The position numbers and the translations under genes were made by a program. Shown in pieces: positions 30,689 to 39,721 of a stretch of 58,357 nt of DNA. The DNA is from a virus (lineage: Duplodnaviria; Caudoviricetes): positions 1 to 58,357 of IMG/VR virus record IMGVR_UViG_3300030430_000907. One strand, written 5' to 3'. Each line of letters begins with the position of its first letter. The first letter of the stretch is position 1. The notes beneath the pieces are model-generated. The model was not told the origin of the DNA. It was given only the letters and a program-made list of their open reading frames with translations, and did not search any database.

Positions 30689-31535
30689 AGTAATTTCCTG
30701 TGCATCTTATACACTCACCAAGTGAATGTTCAATGCTCAAGTCCGCACTGGTGTCACTATTTACACAATACTTTTTCGCATCATTCATAGAGTCAAAGAC
30801 TCGCAATGCAGTCTTCCTACCCTTTTTCATTACACGAAAAGTATCATTTCTTTTCCACCTCTCTGCATCATTGCAAAGCGGAGGCTCTTCCCCCATCTGC
30901 TTAAGCACTTCTGCTTGCTGATGAAGGTTGACTCTGTGTTCTATAAATTCTTCTTGTTTTTCTGTTGACCACAAAGGTATCTTGATAGTGGTTATCATTG
31001 ACTCAGGGTAATCTCCACCTCTTCTTTGTAGTTCTCTTTTGTTCCAATCTCTTGCCAACGCAATGATATTACACTGGTGAATATTCTCTCCAGTATTTTT
31101 CCAATACAACCATGCGTAACAGTTGAGTTGTTGTTCCCATTCTGATTTGCCATCTTTCAATGCATTGATAATTGTCCACACTGAAGTAACTTTCAAATCC
31201 TTTAATGTGTTGTCTGCTAGAGAAAGGGTGTCTGTCTGTCCGCTTATAGTCCATCCTGATACATCTGCAAATAGCCTTTGCTCAGTTATGGTATCTTCAT
31301 AGCTTTCGTTGGCTCGTTCCATAATAGTGTGTATGCTCTGCCCTAGTATCTTCCATACTTCATCAGAGTAATCTGAAGTTATCTTATCTTTATTTATATC
31401 TTGCAAGACTCTAATCCTCGGTGGTTGTATTAGACCTGTCACAGAGATATCAGCATTACCTTTTGTGTAATCGTCATTCTCTATTGCTCTAATAATTTCC
31501 ACAGGTATGTTGTACTTGTTTGTATACTTAGGCAT
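30639..31535 (-). CDS. PD-(D/E)XK exonuclease (Cas4/RecB-like)
   Basis: G.SIH, EQRL, SGQTD, DLKVT, QLNCY and C-terminal Cys cluster. Confidence 0.82.
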   Translation of the reverse strand: MPKYTNKYNIPVEIIRAIENDDYTKGNADISVTGLIQPPRIRVLQDINKDKITSDYSDEVWKILGQSIHTIMERANESYEDTITEQRLFADVSGWTISGQTDTLSLADNTLKDLKVTSVWTIINALKDGKSEWEQQLNCYAWLYWKNTGENIHQCNIIALARDWNKRELQRRGGDYPESMITTIKIPLWSTEKQEEFIEHRVNLHQQAEVLKQMGEEPPLCNDAERWKRNDTFRVMKKGRKTALRVFDSMNDAKKYCVNSDTSADLSIEHSLGECIRCTGNYCGVAEFCNQFSEDVNE

Positions 31536-31537
31536 TT

Positions 31538-32290
31538 CTAGAAGTCGAACTTCTCCCTTTCTATTGGAGTGCCATAATGATAGATATGTTTAGCTATCCT
31601 ATAGATAATCATCTGCGGACTTAGTCCTGTCTTTCTGTGTGTGCTTGACACACTTTCTTTAGATAAGTTCTTGATGGTTATATTGCCCTCTCTAAACCTA
31701 TCATAAGTTTGCTCATGCTCTGCTCTAGTGATACCACTTTTCCATCCGCCTGTTACGTAGTTAATAAGTTGCTCGTTATCTCTTAGTAACATACCTATTG
31801 CATCTAGATTGTGATACTTATATCCCCAAAGAACTGACCAATTAAATTCAGACTTTTTAGACTCAGTGCTTTCATCCTCTTTTGTTTGTTCGCTTTGATT
31901 GAGTTTCTTGATGGTCTGATATTGTTTTTTAATTGTCTTTTCTTTTTTGGTTTCAACAGGTTTGCTATCGTAGTCTTGGATTACCTCTGACCTTAAGACT
32001 TCAGTTGAGCCATCAGGCAGAATTAATCTAGTGACTCTCTCTATCGTAGTGTGAGTATGTCCTTTGATAGACTTCCAAGCAGTCCTATCTTCTAGTTGGT
32101 TAGGAAGTACAGGTATTGTTTCCTGTTCATCATTTACATTTTGCAGAACGACAAAGACTATGTTTTGTCCATTGACTTTATCATCGTATATTTTTAAAAC
32201 CTTATAGATACTTTTGCTTTCATCTGTAAGATTAACGTACAAACCTTGATGGTTTGCTTTCTTGAATTGGCTTAGAATTTTATTATTCAT
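31538..32290 (-). CDS. Hypothetical protein
   Basis: 250-aa ORF directly after a sigma70-like promoter. Confidence 0.7.
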   Translation of the reverse strand: MNNKILSQFKKANHQGLYVNLTDESKSIYKVLKIYDDKVNGQNIVFVVLQNVNDEQETIPVLPNQLEDRTAWKSIKGHTHTTIERVTRLILPDGSTEVLRSEVIQDYDSKPVETKKEKTIKKQYQTIKKLNQSEQTKEDESTESKKSEFNWSVLWGYKYHNLDAIGMLLRDNEQLINYVTGGWKSGITRAEHEQTYDRFREGNITIKNLSKESVSSTHRKTGLSPQMIIYRIAKHIYHYGTPIEREKFDF

Positions 32291-32298
32291 AACAATAA

Positions 32299-32327
32299 AT
32301 TATGGATGCTATCTTTTTAAATGTCAA
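32299..32327 (-). promoter_or_regulatory. Sigma70-type promoter
   Basis: TTGACA-17-CATAAT, 8 nt before ATG 32290; GATAGCA in the spacer. Confidence 0.7.
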
Positions 32328-32358
32328 ATTAATGTTAATTTAATTTTATGTTAAATAA

Positions 32359-32646
32359 ATGATTGCTTTGTTAGAAGACAGTGTTATTATTGCAAAGATG
32401 TGGAGTAGGAAATTAGAGATGGCTATACTTAAACAAGCAGTCAGAGATGTGGCTAGCAAAGACAGTAAAGTATCTTCTAAGGCACTATTATACTTTTTTT
32501 CCAAGGACTTTGAAAACTTTTGTGACGAGCATGAACTAGATGGAATGTTGGTTAGGAGGAGCATCAAGAAGATGTACAGATACCCAAAGATTTCTAGACA
32601 GAAAGTTGCAAATGATATTACAAAGTTGATAGATAACTTGGAGTAG
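32359..32646 (+). CDS. Hypothetical protein
   Basis: ORF upstream of the primase; AILKQAVRD motif. Confidence 0.6.
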   Translation: MIALLEDSVIIAKMWSRKLEMAILKQAVRDVASKDSKVSSKALLYFFSKDFENFCDEHELDGMLVRRSIKKMYRYPKISRQKVANDITKLIDNLE

Positions 32647-32656
32647 TAGATACCAC

Positions 32657-32713
32657 TAGTAGTTACTACTAAGTTTAATACCTAGATAGTAACTACTGTA
32701 TGTAGTAACTACT
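32657..32713. repeat. Three near-palindromic TAGTWACTACT units (possible origin or regulator site)
   Basis: TAGTAGTTACTACTA 32657-71, ATAGTAACTACT 32686-97, GTAGTAACTACT 32702-13. Confidence 0.55.
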
Positions 32714-32734
32714 AAAGAAAATAGAGGAAAAATT

Positions 32735-34480
32735 ATGATTGTCAATACTGAAATTGAAAATGTAGCGAGGAGATTAAACGTAGGTCAGCACAAAGTAAAA
32801 TGTCCTTTGTGTCAAGACCAAAGAAGTAAACATAAAGGAGACAAGCCTTTATCTTTGAATATAGAAAGTGATAAGGTTGTGTTTAATTGTCACCATTGTG
32901 GAGAGAACGGAGTAGTATTTAACGATAACAAAGCAGTGTCTGTAAATGGAAAGAAAGCACCGAAGAATGTGTTGAAGTCTGTGCCTGAGAATAATGAGAC
33001 AGGCAAAAGTGCAAGTTATCTTGAGTCGAGAGGCATAGATATAGAAGTGGCAAATCGGTCTGGTGTTTTGTGCGTTGATAAAGAATATTCACCAGTGATA
33101 GGTTTTAAGTTTGCTTCAGACGATAAGGTTGAGGCTATTAAGTACAGAAGTGCAGATGATAGTAAAAAGTTTTGGTGGGAAGGAACTGCTCACAAACTGT
33201 GGGGTCAAAGTTATAAAGATGAAAACCTAAAAAGCCTAGACGATACAGTGGTAATTACTGAGGGTGAGATAGATGCTTTAAGTATACTCACTGCTTTCAA
33301 AGACTATGCTAACTTAGATGTTTACTCTGTACCGAATGGTGCACCATCCAAGATTACAGATAATAAAGTAGATGCCTCAGAAGATGGAAGGTTTAAATAC
33401 GTTTGGGAAGACCGAGAAAAATTTGAGAACAAAGAGAGAATAATACTTGCTACTGATAGCGATGTATCAGGAGATGCTTTAGCTGATGAACTCTCAAGAA
33501 GAATGAACAAGGCTAAATGTTATAGGGTAGATTACAAGGGATGTAAAGATAGTAATGAACTTCTTTTACAAGATGGTGCAGAAGAACTTCGCAAACAAGT
33601 CTTGTCAGCAGAGCCAATACCTTTACATGGTTTAAATAATATAGACCACTACTCAGAGGATTTTCAAAGCTTGTATGACAAGGGTATGCCGAGTGGTATC
33701 TCCACAGGTTTTGCCAGTGTAGATGAACTTTTTACTTTGGCTACAGGAAACTTGTACGTAGTGAGTGGTCATGCAGGTGATGGCAAGAGTGCTTTCATAG
33801 ACCAACTGGTAGTGAACATGGGTAAGAACTATGGATGGAAAACTTGTTTCTGTTCTTTCGAGAAACCACCACAACTTCATGCAGTACAACTCAGTCAGAT
33901 ATTATCAGGCAAACCTTTCTTCGAGGGTCTTAATACAAGAATGACTCAAGAGCAAAAGGATGATGCTGAAACTTGGATTAGAGAACACATACTCTTTCAA
34001 GATTACATAGATGGAGATATGCCTACGATAGAAAAGATACTAGAGAAAGGAGCAAGTGCAGTGATGCGGAAGGGAGTTAGGGTTTTAGTTATCGACCCAT
34101 TCAACTTTATACAAACAGATAAGCAGTATGCATTAGAAACAGATATGGTTTCGGATATGCTTACCAAAGTGCAACTGTTCGCAAAACAACATTCTGTGTT
34201 AGTCTTCTTTGTTGCCCACCCCACAAAGCCGATTATCAGGGATGGTAAGAAGAACGTCATTACTGGTGTCGATATAGCTAAGTCTTATGCTTGGTTTAGT
34301 AAATGCGATACAGGTATTACAGTTTATCGAGGGCAAGAAGGTGTAGAAATACATAACTGGAAACAACGTTGGGGATGGCATGGTAAAACAGGTCATGTTA
34401 TCATGGACTACAATCCTATTAATGGTAGGTTTTTAGAGGCAGAAGACAGAGAAGATGACTTCGATTGGGAATTTGAATAA
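32735..34480 (+). CDS. Primase-helicase (T7 gp4/Twinkle-like)
   Basis: Zn finger CPLC/CHHC, TOPRIM ITEGEIDAL and DSD, Walker A GHAGDGKS, VIDP, VAHP. Confidence 0.92.
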   Translation: MIVNTEIENVARRLNVGQHKVKCPLCQDQRSKHKGDKPLSLNIESDKVVFNCHHCGENGVVFNDNKAVSVNGKKAPKNVLKSVPENNETGKSASYLESRGIDIEVANRSGVLCVDKEYSPVIGFKFASDDKVEAIKYRSADDSKKFWWEGTAHKLWGQSYKDENLKSLDDTVVITEGEIDALSILTAFKDYANLDVYSVPNGAPSKITDNKVDASEDGRFKYVWEDREKFENKERIILATDSDVSGDALADELSRRMNKAKCYRVDYKGCKDSNELLLQDGAEELRKQVLSAEPIPLHGLNNIDHYSEDFQSLYDKGMPSGISTGFASVDELFTLATGNLYVVSGHAGDGKSAFIDQLVVNMGKNYGWKTCFCSFEKPPQLHAVQLSQILSGKPFFEGLNTRMTQEQKDDAETWIREHILFQDYIDGDMPTIEKILEKGASAVMRKGVRVLVIDPFNFIQTDKQYALETDMVSDMLTKVQLFAKQHSVLVFFVAHPTKPIIRDGKKNVITGVDIAKSYAWFSKCDTGITVYRGQEGVEIHNWKQRWGWHGKTGHVIMDYNPINGRFLEAEDREDDFDWEFE

Positions 34481-34964
34481 TCTATACTACAAAGATGTAG
34501 GGTCTAGGTATCTCCATAAAAGAAACAAAGTAGGTATCACAACCATCGGCAGAAGTAAGATGGCTAGAGCAATGGTCTATGACCAACACATCATAGACCG
34601 ACTTTATCTCAACAAAAAAATCACAGAGTATCAACACAATGTCTGCGACAGATATCTTGGCATGATACATTCGTCAGGTGCATTTGTTTCAACTCCTGCG
34701 TTAGAAAGAATATTCACTAGTGGCTGTTCTTCTACTACGCCTAGGTCAGTGATACTCATCAAGGTGCAAAGAATGTTAAGAAAAAGATGCGGTAGAGAAA
34801 CAGAGAAAAGGTTTTGGAAGATAATGACTACCAACAACAAGAAACCTAACGATGTAGATTTACTCGTTGTACAAAAGTGTAGCGAGGCTCTGCTTAATTA
34901 TTGGGCAACTGACCTTAACTCACCTGTGACTTTGTTTCAGCAAGCGATTGCAAACCCAATTTAA
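34455..34964 (+). CDS. Hypothetical basic protein
   Basis: Coupled to the helicase; DQHIIDRLY...IT..Q motif. Confidence 0.6.
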   Translation: MTSIGNLNNLYYKDVGSRYLHKRNKVGITTIGRSKMARAMVYDQHIIDRLYLNKKITEYQHNVCDRYLGMIHSSGAFVSTPALERIFTSGCSSTTPRSVILIKVQRMLRKRCGRETEKRFWKIMTTNNKKPNDVDLLVVQKCSEALLNYWATDLNSPVTLFQQAIANPI

Positions 34965-35118
34965 CTTCCTTCTTACTAAGACTAATACCTTTCCTATCAG
35001 CCTCTTCATGTATCATGTGTATGATTTGTTTGGTTAAACTTCTGTTTTCATTCTCAGCCAAGGCATGAGCAAGTGCTTGTGTTTCTTCTGAACATCTAAT
35101 GAATAGACTCTTCGCCAT
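34915..35118 (-). CDS. Arc-like ribbon-helix-helix DNA-binding protein
   Basis: SLFIRCSEE...LAENENRSLTKQIIHMI fits the Arc/RHH pattern. Confidence 0.72.
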   Translation of the reverse strand: MAKSLFIRCSEETQALAHALAENENRSLTKQIIHMIHEEADRKGISLSKKEVKLGLQSLAETKSQVS

Positions 35119-35395
35119 CTTCTTCCTCCGAAATTACTTTTAATTTTTCTTTGACTTTGCCTATCGCTACACTCTCCCTACCTACTTGAAAATACTTTCC
35201 TGTTTGCAAAGTTTCTATTGCATAAGCTAAGGAATGTTCGTTAGCCAAAAGGATAGGATTATCTAGTAGAGTAATTGCATAGGTCATAGCCTCTTCCTCA
35301 GTATCAAACAACCATACGTGATGTTTCCACTCGCCTACCGATGCATACTTGTCTTTAGTATCCATGTCAAAGGTGTGTCTGATTACTGCATACAT
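35096..35395 (-). CDS. Hypothetical protein, probably leaderless
   Basis: ATG 35395 lies 6 nt after a -10 box. Confidence 0.6.
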   Translation of the reverse strand: MYAVIRHTFDMDTKDKYASVGEWKHHVWLFDTEEEAMTYAITLLDNPILLANEHSLAYAIETLQTGKYFQVGRESVAIGKVKEKLKVISEEEDGEESIH

Positions 35396-35401
35396 AGAAT
35401 T

Positions 35402-35430
35402 AGTATAATGCAAAGTGCTATCTAAATGAA
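35402..35430 (-). promoter_or_regulatory. Sigma70-type promoter
   Basis: TTCATT-17-TATACT with GATAGCACTTTGC in the spacer. Confidence 0.55.
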
Positions 35431-35449
35431 AGTCCATTGTGGGCAAAGA

Positions 35450-35898
35450 GGACTAGCCTTCGATTAACAAGTTTGACAAGGAATAAATAAAAAAAATCAG
35501 TCAAACTCTTCCCTAAGAGTCAGACAGATTGTCAGTCTTATTATGGAGGTCATACAACTATACGACTAGAAGGTATGACTATGAAATACAAAAAAATGAT
35601 TACACTACTTTTTTGGTATGACAATCTGTCTAACAATAATTAGGTAGTCGCATGATGGTTTCTAACACTTATTTGCATTTCATCCTTGACTTCCCTCGTC
35701 ACTCCATATCCCCGAATTAAATCTAGGATTTATAATGGTGCAGACTTCAAGATTTTATAAAGGCTCATTACCTACCTAAACTAAAAGCAAGGCGTTGTTC
35801 ATATGCTTTTTAATCTACTGACAACCTAATGTCTTCAATCTCAAGCAAACGAGGATTTATACTTTAATACCTATCCTGTTCTCCGATAACCTTACAAC
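35450..35898 (-). ncRNA. Putative structured ncRNA locus
   Basis: No long ORF, upstream promoter, several inverted repeats (e.g. AGACAGATTGTCA/TGACAATCTGTCT). Confidence 0.4.
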
Positions 35899-35904
35899 AG
35901 TATT

Positions 35905-35932
35905 AGTATACACATTGATAGCATTTTGCCAA
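35905..35932 (-). promoter_or_regulatory. Possible sigma70-type promoter
   Basis: TTGGCA-16-TATACT, overlapping a GATAGCATTTTGC motif. Confidence 0.45.
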
Positions 35933-35999
35933 ACAATTTCCTGAAGAAGATGGAAGAATTTTTCAGGCTGGGATGAATATATTTTGTCAGCCTACAAAT

Positions 36000-36023
36000 A
36001 AACATACACTGGTGAATATTCTC
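36000..36023. promoter_or_regulatory. Copy of dispersed palindrome
   Basis: AAACATACACTGGTGAATATTCTC, intergenic. Confidence 0.65.
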
Positions 36024-36077
36024 TTGATATAGAGCTTCAGTTCAGGTAAAATTTATGGAGTAAATTTTATTTTGAAC

Positions 36078-36114
36078 AAAAAAAAAGGCGGTGACTACCG
36101 AAGTAATCACCGCC
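36078..36114 (-). terminator. Rho-independent terminator ending the early operon
   Basis: GGCGGUGAUUAC-UUCG-GUAGUCACCGCC followed by U9. Confidence 0.93.
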
Positions 36115-36141
36115 TAAACACAACCTCAAGTCACATTAGAT

Positions 36142-36807
36142 TTATAGAACTACAACCTTCTCGCTATACTCTTTATCCCAAATAATATTGCTACAAACAT
36201 TTTGATAATGCTTTCCTAATATCATTTGATTAGCAAGACAAATTACAGGGTCTGAGTAAGACAACATCTTCTCAGGTTTTAGTAATGAGTATCTGACAAT
36301 CTTGTCAGCAGATATCATTCCTTCGTGGCAACAAGTACCTAAAAGAGCAAGGCTTTTCTCATAGAACATTCTATTCTTTGAGTCCATGTGGAACTCATAA
36401 AGATTATCTTTAAACCACAACGTTCTATCTTCCATACTCATTTCAGAAAATCCTATAGGAAAATCACTGTGCCAGTTTGCGATATCCAAGTCACCCAATT
36501 CGTAACTGTCAGCATACTTAGAATTATTTACTTGTTCTAAAGCATCTTCGTCAGGAAATAAATTCATCATGCTTTCTTCATCAAATTTTATTTCCAAGAC
36601 TACAGGCTTATCATCATCATCTTCTAAGCTTGCAAGACTATAATAAGGTGCATAAGAATTAGTTAAGTAAACCATATTGTCATGCGACTCATTATCATCC
36701 CAGTTACTTTTACCACTAAGTCTTCTTGGCATAATTCCATCTTTCAGTATTGACTCAAGCTTGCTAAGGCTTGTGCCATGATAGAGTAATAAATATTCAC
36801 TAGTCAT
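36142..36807 (-). CDS. NAD-binding ADP-ribosyltransferase-fold protein (Tpt1/KptA-like N-terminus)
   Basis: LYHGTS...SILKDGIMP...VYLT...VVLEI. Confidence 0.6.
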   Translation of the reverse strand: MTSEYLLLYHGTSLSKLESILKDGIMPRRLSGKSNWDDNESHDNMVYLTNSYAPYYSLASLEDDDDKPVVLEIKFDEESMMNLFPDEDALEQVNNSKYADSYELGDLDIANWHSDFPIGFSEMSMEDRTLWFKDNLYEFHMDSKNRMFYEKSLALLGTCCHEGMISADKIVRYSLLKPEKMLSYSDPVICLANQMILGKHYQNVCSNIIWDKEYSEKVVVL

Positions 36808-36810
36808 ATT

Positions 36811-37008
36811 TTATTCCCCCACAATCTCGATAATTTTTTTCAAGACTTCTTTGTAGGCACATATGTTACCTTCACAATACCAACTCTCGTCACGACTATC
36901 AGACTGACCGAGAGCAATCTCAGTAACGTGTATTTGGTTATCAACCCAACCCGCTAAAAGTTTCAGCTTGGTTTCTTTTTTAACAACACTAGCCATAATA
37001 AACATCAC
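36811..37008 (-). CDS. Hypothetical protein
   Basis: GGAGG SD. Confidence 0.6.
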   Translation of the reverse strand: MMFIMASVVKKETKLKLLAGWVDNQIHVTEIALGQSDSRDESWYCEGNICAYKEVLKKIIEIVGE

Positions 37009-37171
37009 CTCCTAGTGAAAGCATAACTAAAAATAATACTGCAAATCCGCCAACAATTATGACACTGCTAACGACATAATAAATACACTCTAAAACGAAA
37101 GCGATTTCGTCAGAGTACTTCTCGATAAAATCTCTTGTAGGAGATTTTCTTCTTTCCCAAAAATTTCTCAT
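36989..37171 (-). CDS. Small membrane protein
   Basis: GGAGG SD just after the ribozyme; long hydrophobic helix. Confidence 0.65.
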   Translation of the reverse strand: MRNFWERRKSPTRDFIEKYSDEIAFVLECIYYVVSSVIIVGGFAVLFLVMLSLGGDVYYG

Positions 37172-37196
37172 ATTACCTCCATGATTTTTTTGGTTA

Positions 37197-37252
37197 TCTG
37201 TTTCGACCCTTTTGGGTCTTCATCAGTAGGAAATACACATTTCCTAGACAGA
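37197..37252 (-). ncRNA. Hammerhead ribozyme, type III (HHR-A)
   Basis: UCUG-UC-UAGGAAAU(GUGU)AUUUCCUA-CUGAUGA-A-GACCC(AAAA)GGGUC-GAAA-CAGA; GUC cut predicted at 37247/37246. Confidence 0.92.
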
Positions 37253-37307
37253 ACTCTAAAAAACGAGGCTCTAATTTAGCCTCTAACGAAAAGTTTAGGG
37301 GTAAGCA

Positions 37308-37339
37308 AGGGTAAGGCATACCTAAATATGCCCTACCCT
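37308..37339 (-). other. Stable RNA hairpin after the vWA gene
   Basis: 13-bp stem whose A/C mismatch becomes G-U on the minus strand; no U-tract. Confidence 0.6.
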
Positions 37340-37350
37340 CATAGCTTAAA

Positions 37351-38739
37351 CTAGTAAGCATCACTAGTATCTACGTAAATCAACTCACCGAAAGGTATGT
37401 CTTCCCTTTCTCTAGACTCGTTTCTGTAGACCCACTTAGAAGTGATACCCCAAAAGACAGGGATATCAGGCTCTAAGTCTTCATCCACGTAACACTCACC
37501 ATCAGTGAAATATATCAAGGCATCAATATCTTCATCATCAGTGAAGTCATTAAGAAGATTAAACACTGGGTCAAACTCTGTACCACCTCTGCCACGAAAC
37601 TTCATATCGATAGTCTCGCCACTGGCAATATCAAATCTATCCCACCATTCATCAGTCTCAGGATTTTTACGAACTGTAGTATCGCAATAACAAACTAAGA
37701 CTTCATCAATACCTATCTGCTCACAGATTGATTGAACTTCTGCTCCAAAGTAATTCAACTCATGCTGACTTACTGAACATGAAGTATCAACTGCAATAGC
37801 AATTTTCTTGATGCGAGGCTCTCGCATTTTGCTAGGCAAGTTAAGACCACTCCACTGATATCTGCGGTGAGGTCTAGACCAAGTAGTATCATTAGAGATA
37901 TCGGTAGACAACAAATCAGTAAGGATATCGACCCAGTTAGTTTGAGCCTCCTTAATTTGTGTCAGCCTATCTGAGACACCGCTTGTGCCATCGCCACTCA
38001 TACGTTGCATCATATCGCCCAACTGCATTGCTCTCTGAACATCAGACTCTATCTCTTGGATATCTTGCTCAGATAGAGCCTCACCATCCTCACCAGTAGG
38101 CATTATGATTTCTCCTTGAGATACAGGGATAGCATCATACTTATCTGTGCCATCTTCTGCATCTTGCTGTGAGTCATCAGTAGAAGAATATTCACCAGTG
38201 TCATTTCTTTCCGACTCGTCAGAGCCATCAGAATTTCCACTGTCATTTTCTTCCGAGTCAGAGTCACCATTCTCTTCCTTCATTTGATTGATAGCATCTT
38301 GAAGAGCATCATCATCATTATCAAGAATGTGATAGATTTTCTCTGCGGTCATGTGGTCGTACTTTTCATCCCACAAACCACCTTCGGGCAATTCAAAGTC
38401 TGTGTGGTCATAGATGTAATTGTTGATAGCATAATCACAGGCTATGTTCCACAACTTGTGATTTCTGTTACCCATCCTAGTGTGATGTAAAAGTATGACG
38501 TGGTAGCCCTCATGTAGAAGAACACCTTCACACTCTGCACCAGTAATCTTTAAAACAAAATCATCAGAGTATTTGATAACTTTGCCATCGGTACACATAG
38601 TCTCGATACTATTGTCGCTGACTAGAGGCAGACGTAGAAGTATCGAAGATATTCCTACGTCTTTTCTCATGCATCTAGCTAGAGCATTTTGTATTTTTGT
38701 TCTAGCTAATTCTGATTTATCTGTGACAACACTAGTCAT
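37351..38739 (-). CDS. DUF2201-type metallopeptidase plus vWA domain protein
   Basis: GGAGGTG SD; TMCTDG, LLHEGYH, WNIACDYAIN; vWA motifs VDTSCS, GRGGTEF, YFTDG. Confidence 0.88.
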   Translation of the reverse strand: MTSVVTDKSELARTKIQNALARCMRKDVGISSILLRLPLVSDNSIETMCTDGKVIKYSDDFVLKITGAECEGVLLHEGYHVILLHHTRMGNRNHKLWNIACDYAINNYIYDHTDFELPEGGLWDEKYDHMTAEKIYHILDNDDDALQDAINQMKEENGDSDSEENDSGNSDGSDESERNDTGEYSSTDDSQQDAEDGTDKYDAIPVSQGEIIMPTGEDGEALSEQDIQEIESDVQRAMQLGDMMQRMSGDGTSGVSDRLTQIKEAQTNWVDILTDLLSTDISNDTTWSRPHRRYQWSGLNLPSKMREPRIKKIAIAVDTSCSVSQHELNYFGAEVQSICEQIGIDEVLVCYCDTTVRKNPETDEWWDRFDIASGETIDMKFRGRGGTEFDPVFNLLNDFTDDEDIDALIYFTDGECYVDEDLEPDIPVFWGITSKWVYRNESREREDIPFGELIYVDTSDAY

Positions 38740-39721
38740 TTTCACCTCCCTTGAAGGCATCAAAGAAACCTGACTTAACAGGGTCAATGGCATCACTGAT
38801 ATCTTGAGCAACTTCTTTCCTAGCCTTATCAGACTTATCATCATCTGCTCTAATATCATCTACAGAATTTAACTTAACAATAACACCCATAAGCTTTTGG
38901 TGAGCCTGAGTAATGGTCTTATCATTACCGCATATAGCCTCATTAAAAGTAGGCAGTAATCCCACTGTATCCTTGAACAAATTCACAGACCCATCCTTGA
39001 AGAAACCGCCCTTCCTTTTATTCTTAGGGTCATAGTTTTTTAACTTCTCGGATAAGTGTTCACTTTGCTCAATCAGGTTATCGACTAACTGCTGAACACA
39101 AGCTTTAGAGTTAGACTCTTGTAGCCTAGTAACGTCAGCCTTCATCTTCTTAACAAGACTAGATGATGCTTTAACTCTGACATCATCTATGGAAGTAGCA
39201 TCAGGCACTTGAGCAGTAGACCACTCAAAACGAAACTTACTTCGAATATCATCAAGGTCAGGATAATCATCCTCGTCAAAAGCATCACCAAGAACTTCTT
39301 TTGCTCTCTCAATAAGCTTAGGATAGTCTCTGATAAAACCATCAACTTCTTTCCAAAAAGTAGTCTGAGATTTCTCCATTGCCTCGTTCAATTTATCCCA
39401 GTGTTTGTTAGGACATAATCTCCAACCACTGACGAGTCTTCCCTCGTAGTGGTCAAAGCTTGTATCAGACCAAGGCAGAGTAAACTCCTTCATAGGCTTT
39501 CTCAAAGTATCAACACAAGACTTCCATTGTTTCTTGTGGTCACTACCTACGAGATACTTTTGCACATTGAATGAACTACTCTGAGCCTCGTAGTCTTCAG
39601 CGAGAGTTTGACGTAACTTAGGGTCACTTTTAATGCCACTCCAAGTCTTAGTCTCAAGACGTACCAAGGTACAATTTTGTGCTATTGCACTAACGTTTTT
39701 ATCTTTATTTTTATTGGTCAT
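38732..39721 (-). CDS. DUF3150-like protein
   Basis: TLPWSD, F...YP, LGDAFDEDDYP...IRSKFRF; lies between the AAA and vWA genes. Confidence 0.65.
   Translation of the reverse strand: MTNKNKDKNVSAIAQNCTLVRLETKTWSGIKSDPKLRQTLAEDYEAQSSSFNVQKYLVGSDHKKQWKSCVDTLRKPMKEFTLPWSDTSFDHYEGRLVSGWRLCPNKHWDKLNEAMEKSQTTFWKEVDGFIRDYPKLIERAKEVLGDAFDEDDYPDLDDIRSKFRFEWSTAQVPDATSIDDVRVKASSSLVKKMKADVTRLQESNSKACVQQLVDNLIEQSEHLSEKLKNYDPKNKRKGGFFKDGSVNLFKDTVGLLPTFNEAICGNDKTITQAHQKLMGVIVKLNSVDDIRADDDKSDKARKEVAQDISDAIDPVKSGFFDAFKGGEND

Noticed and set aside
30639-31535. cas4 as part of a CRISPR-Cas system
   Set aside because: No other cas genes or array; it sits in a recombination operon with Sak and SSB
35941-35967. 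Fifth hammerhead at plus-strand CTGAAGA
   Set aside because: No correctly placed GAAA, stem II or stem III; it is one arm of a simple hairpin
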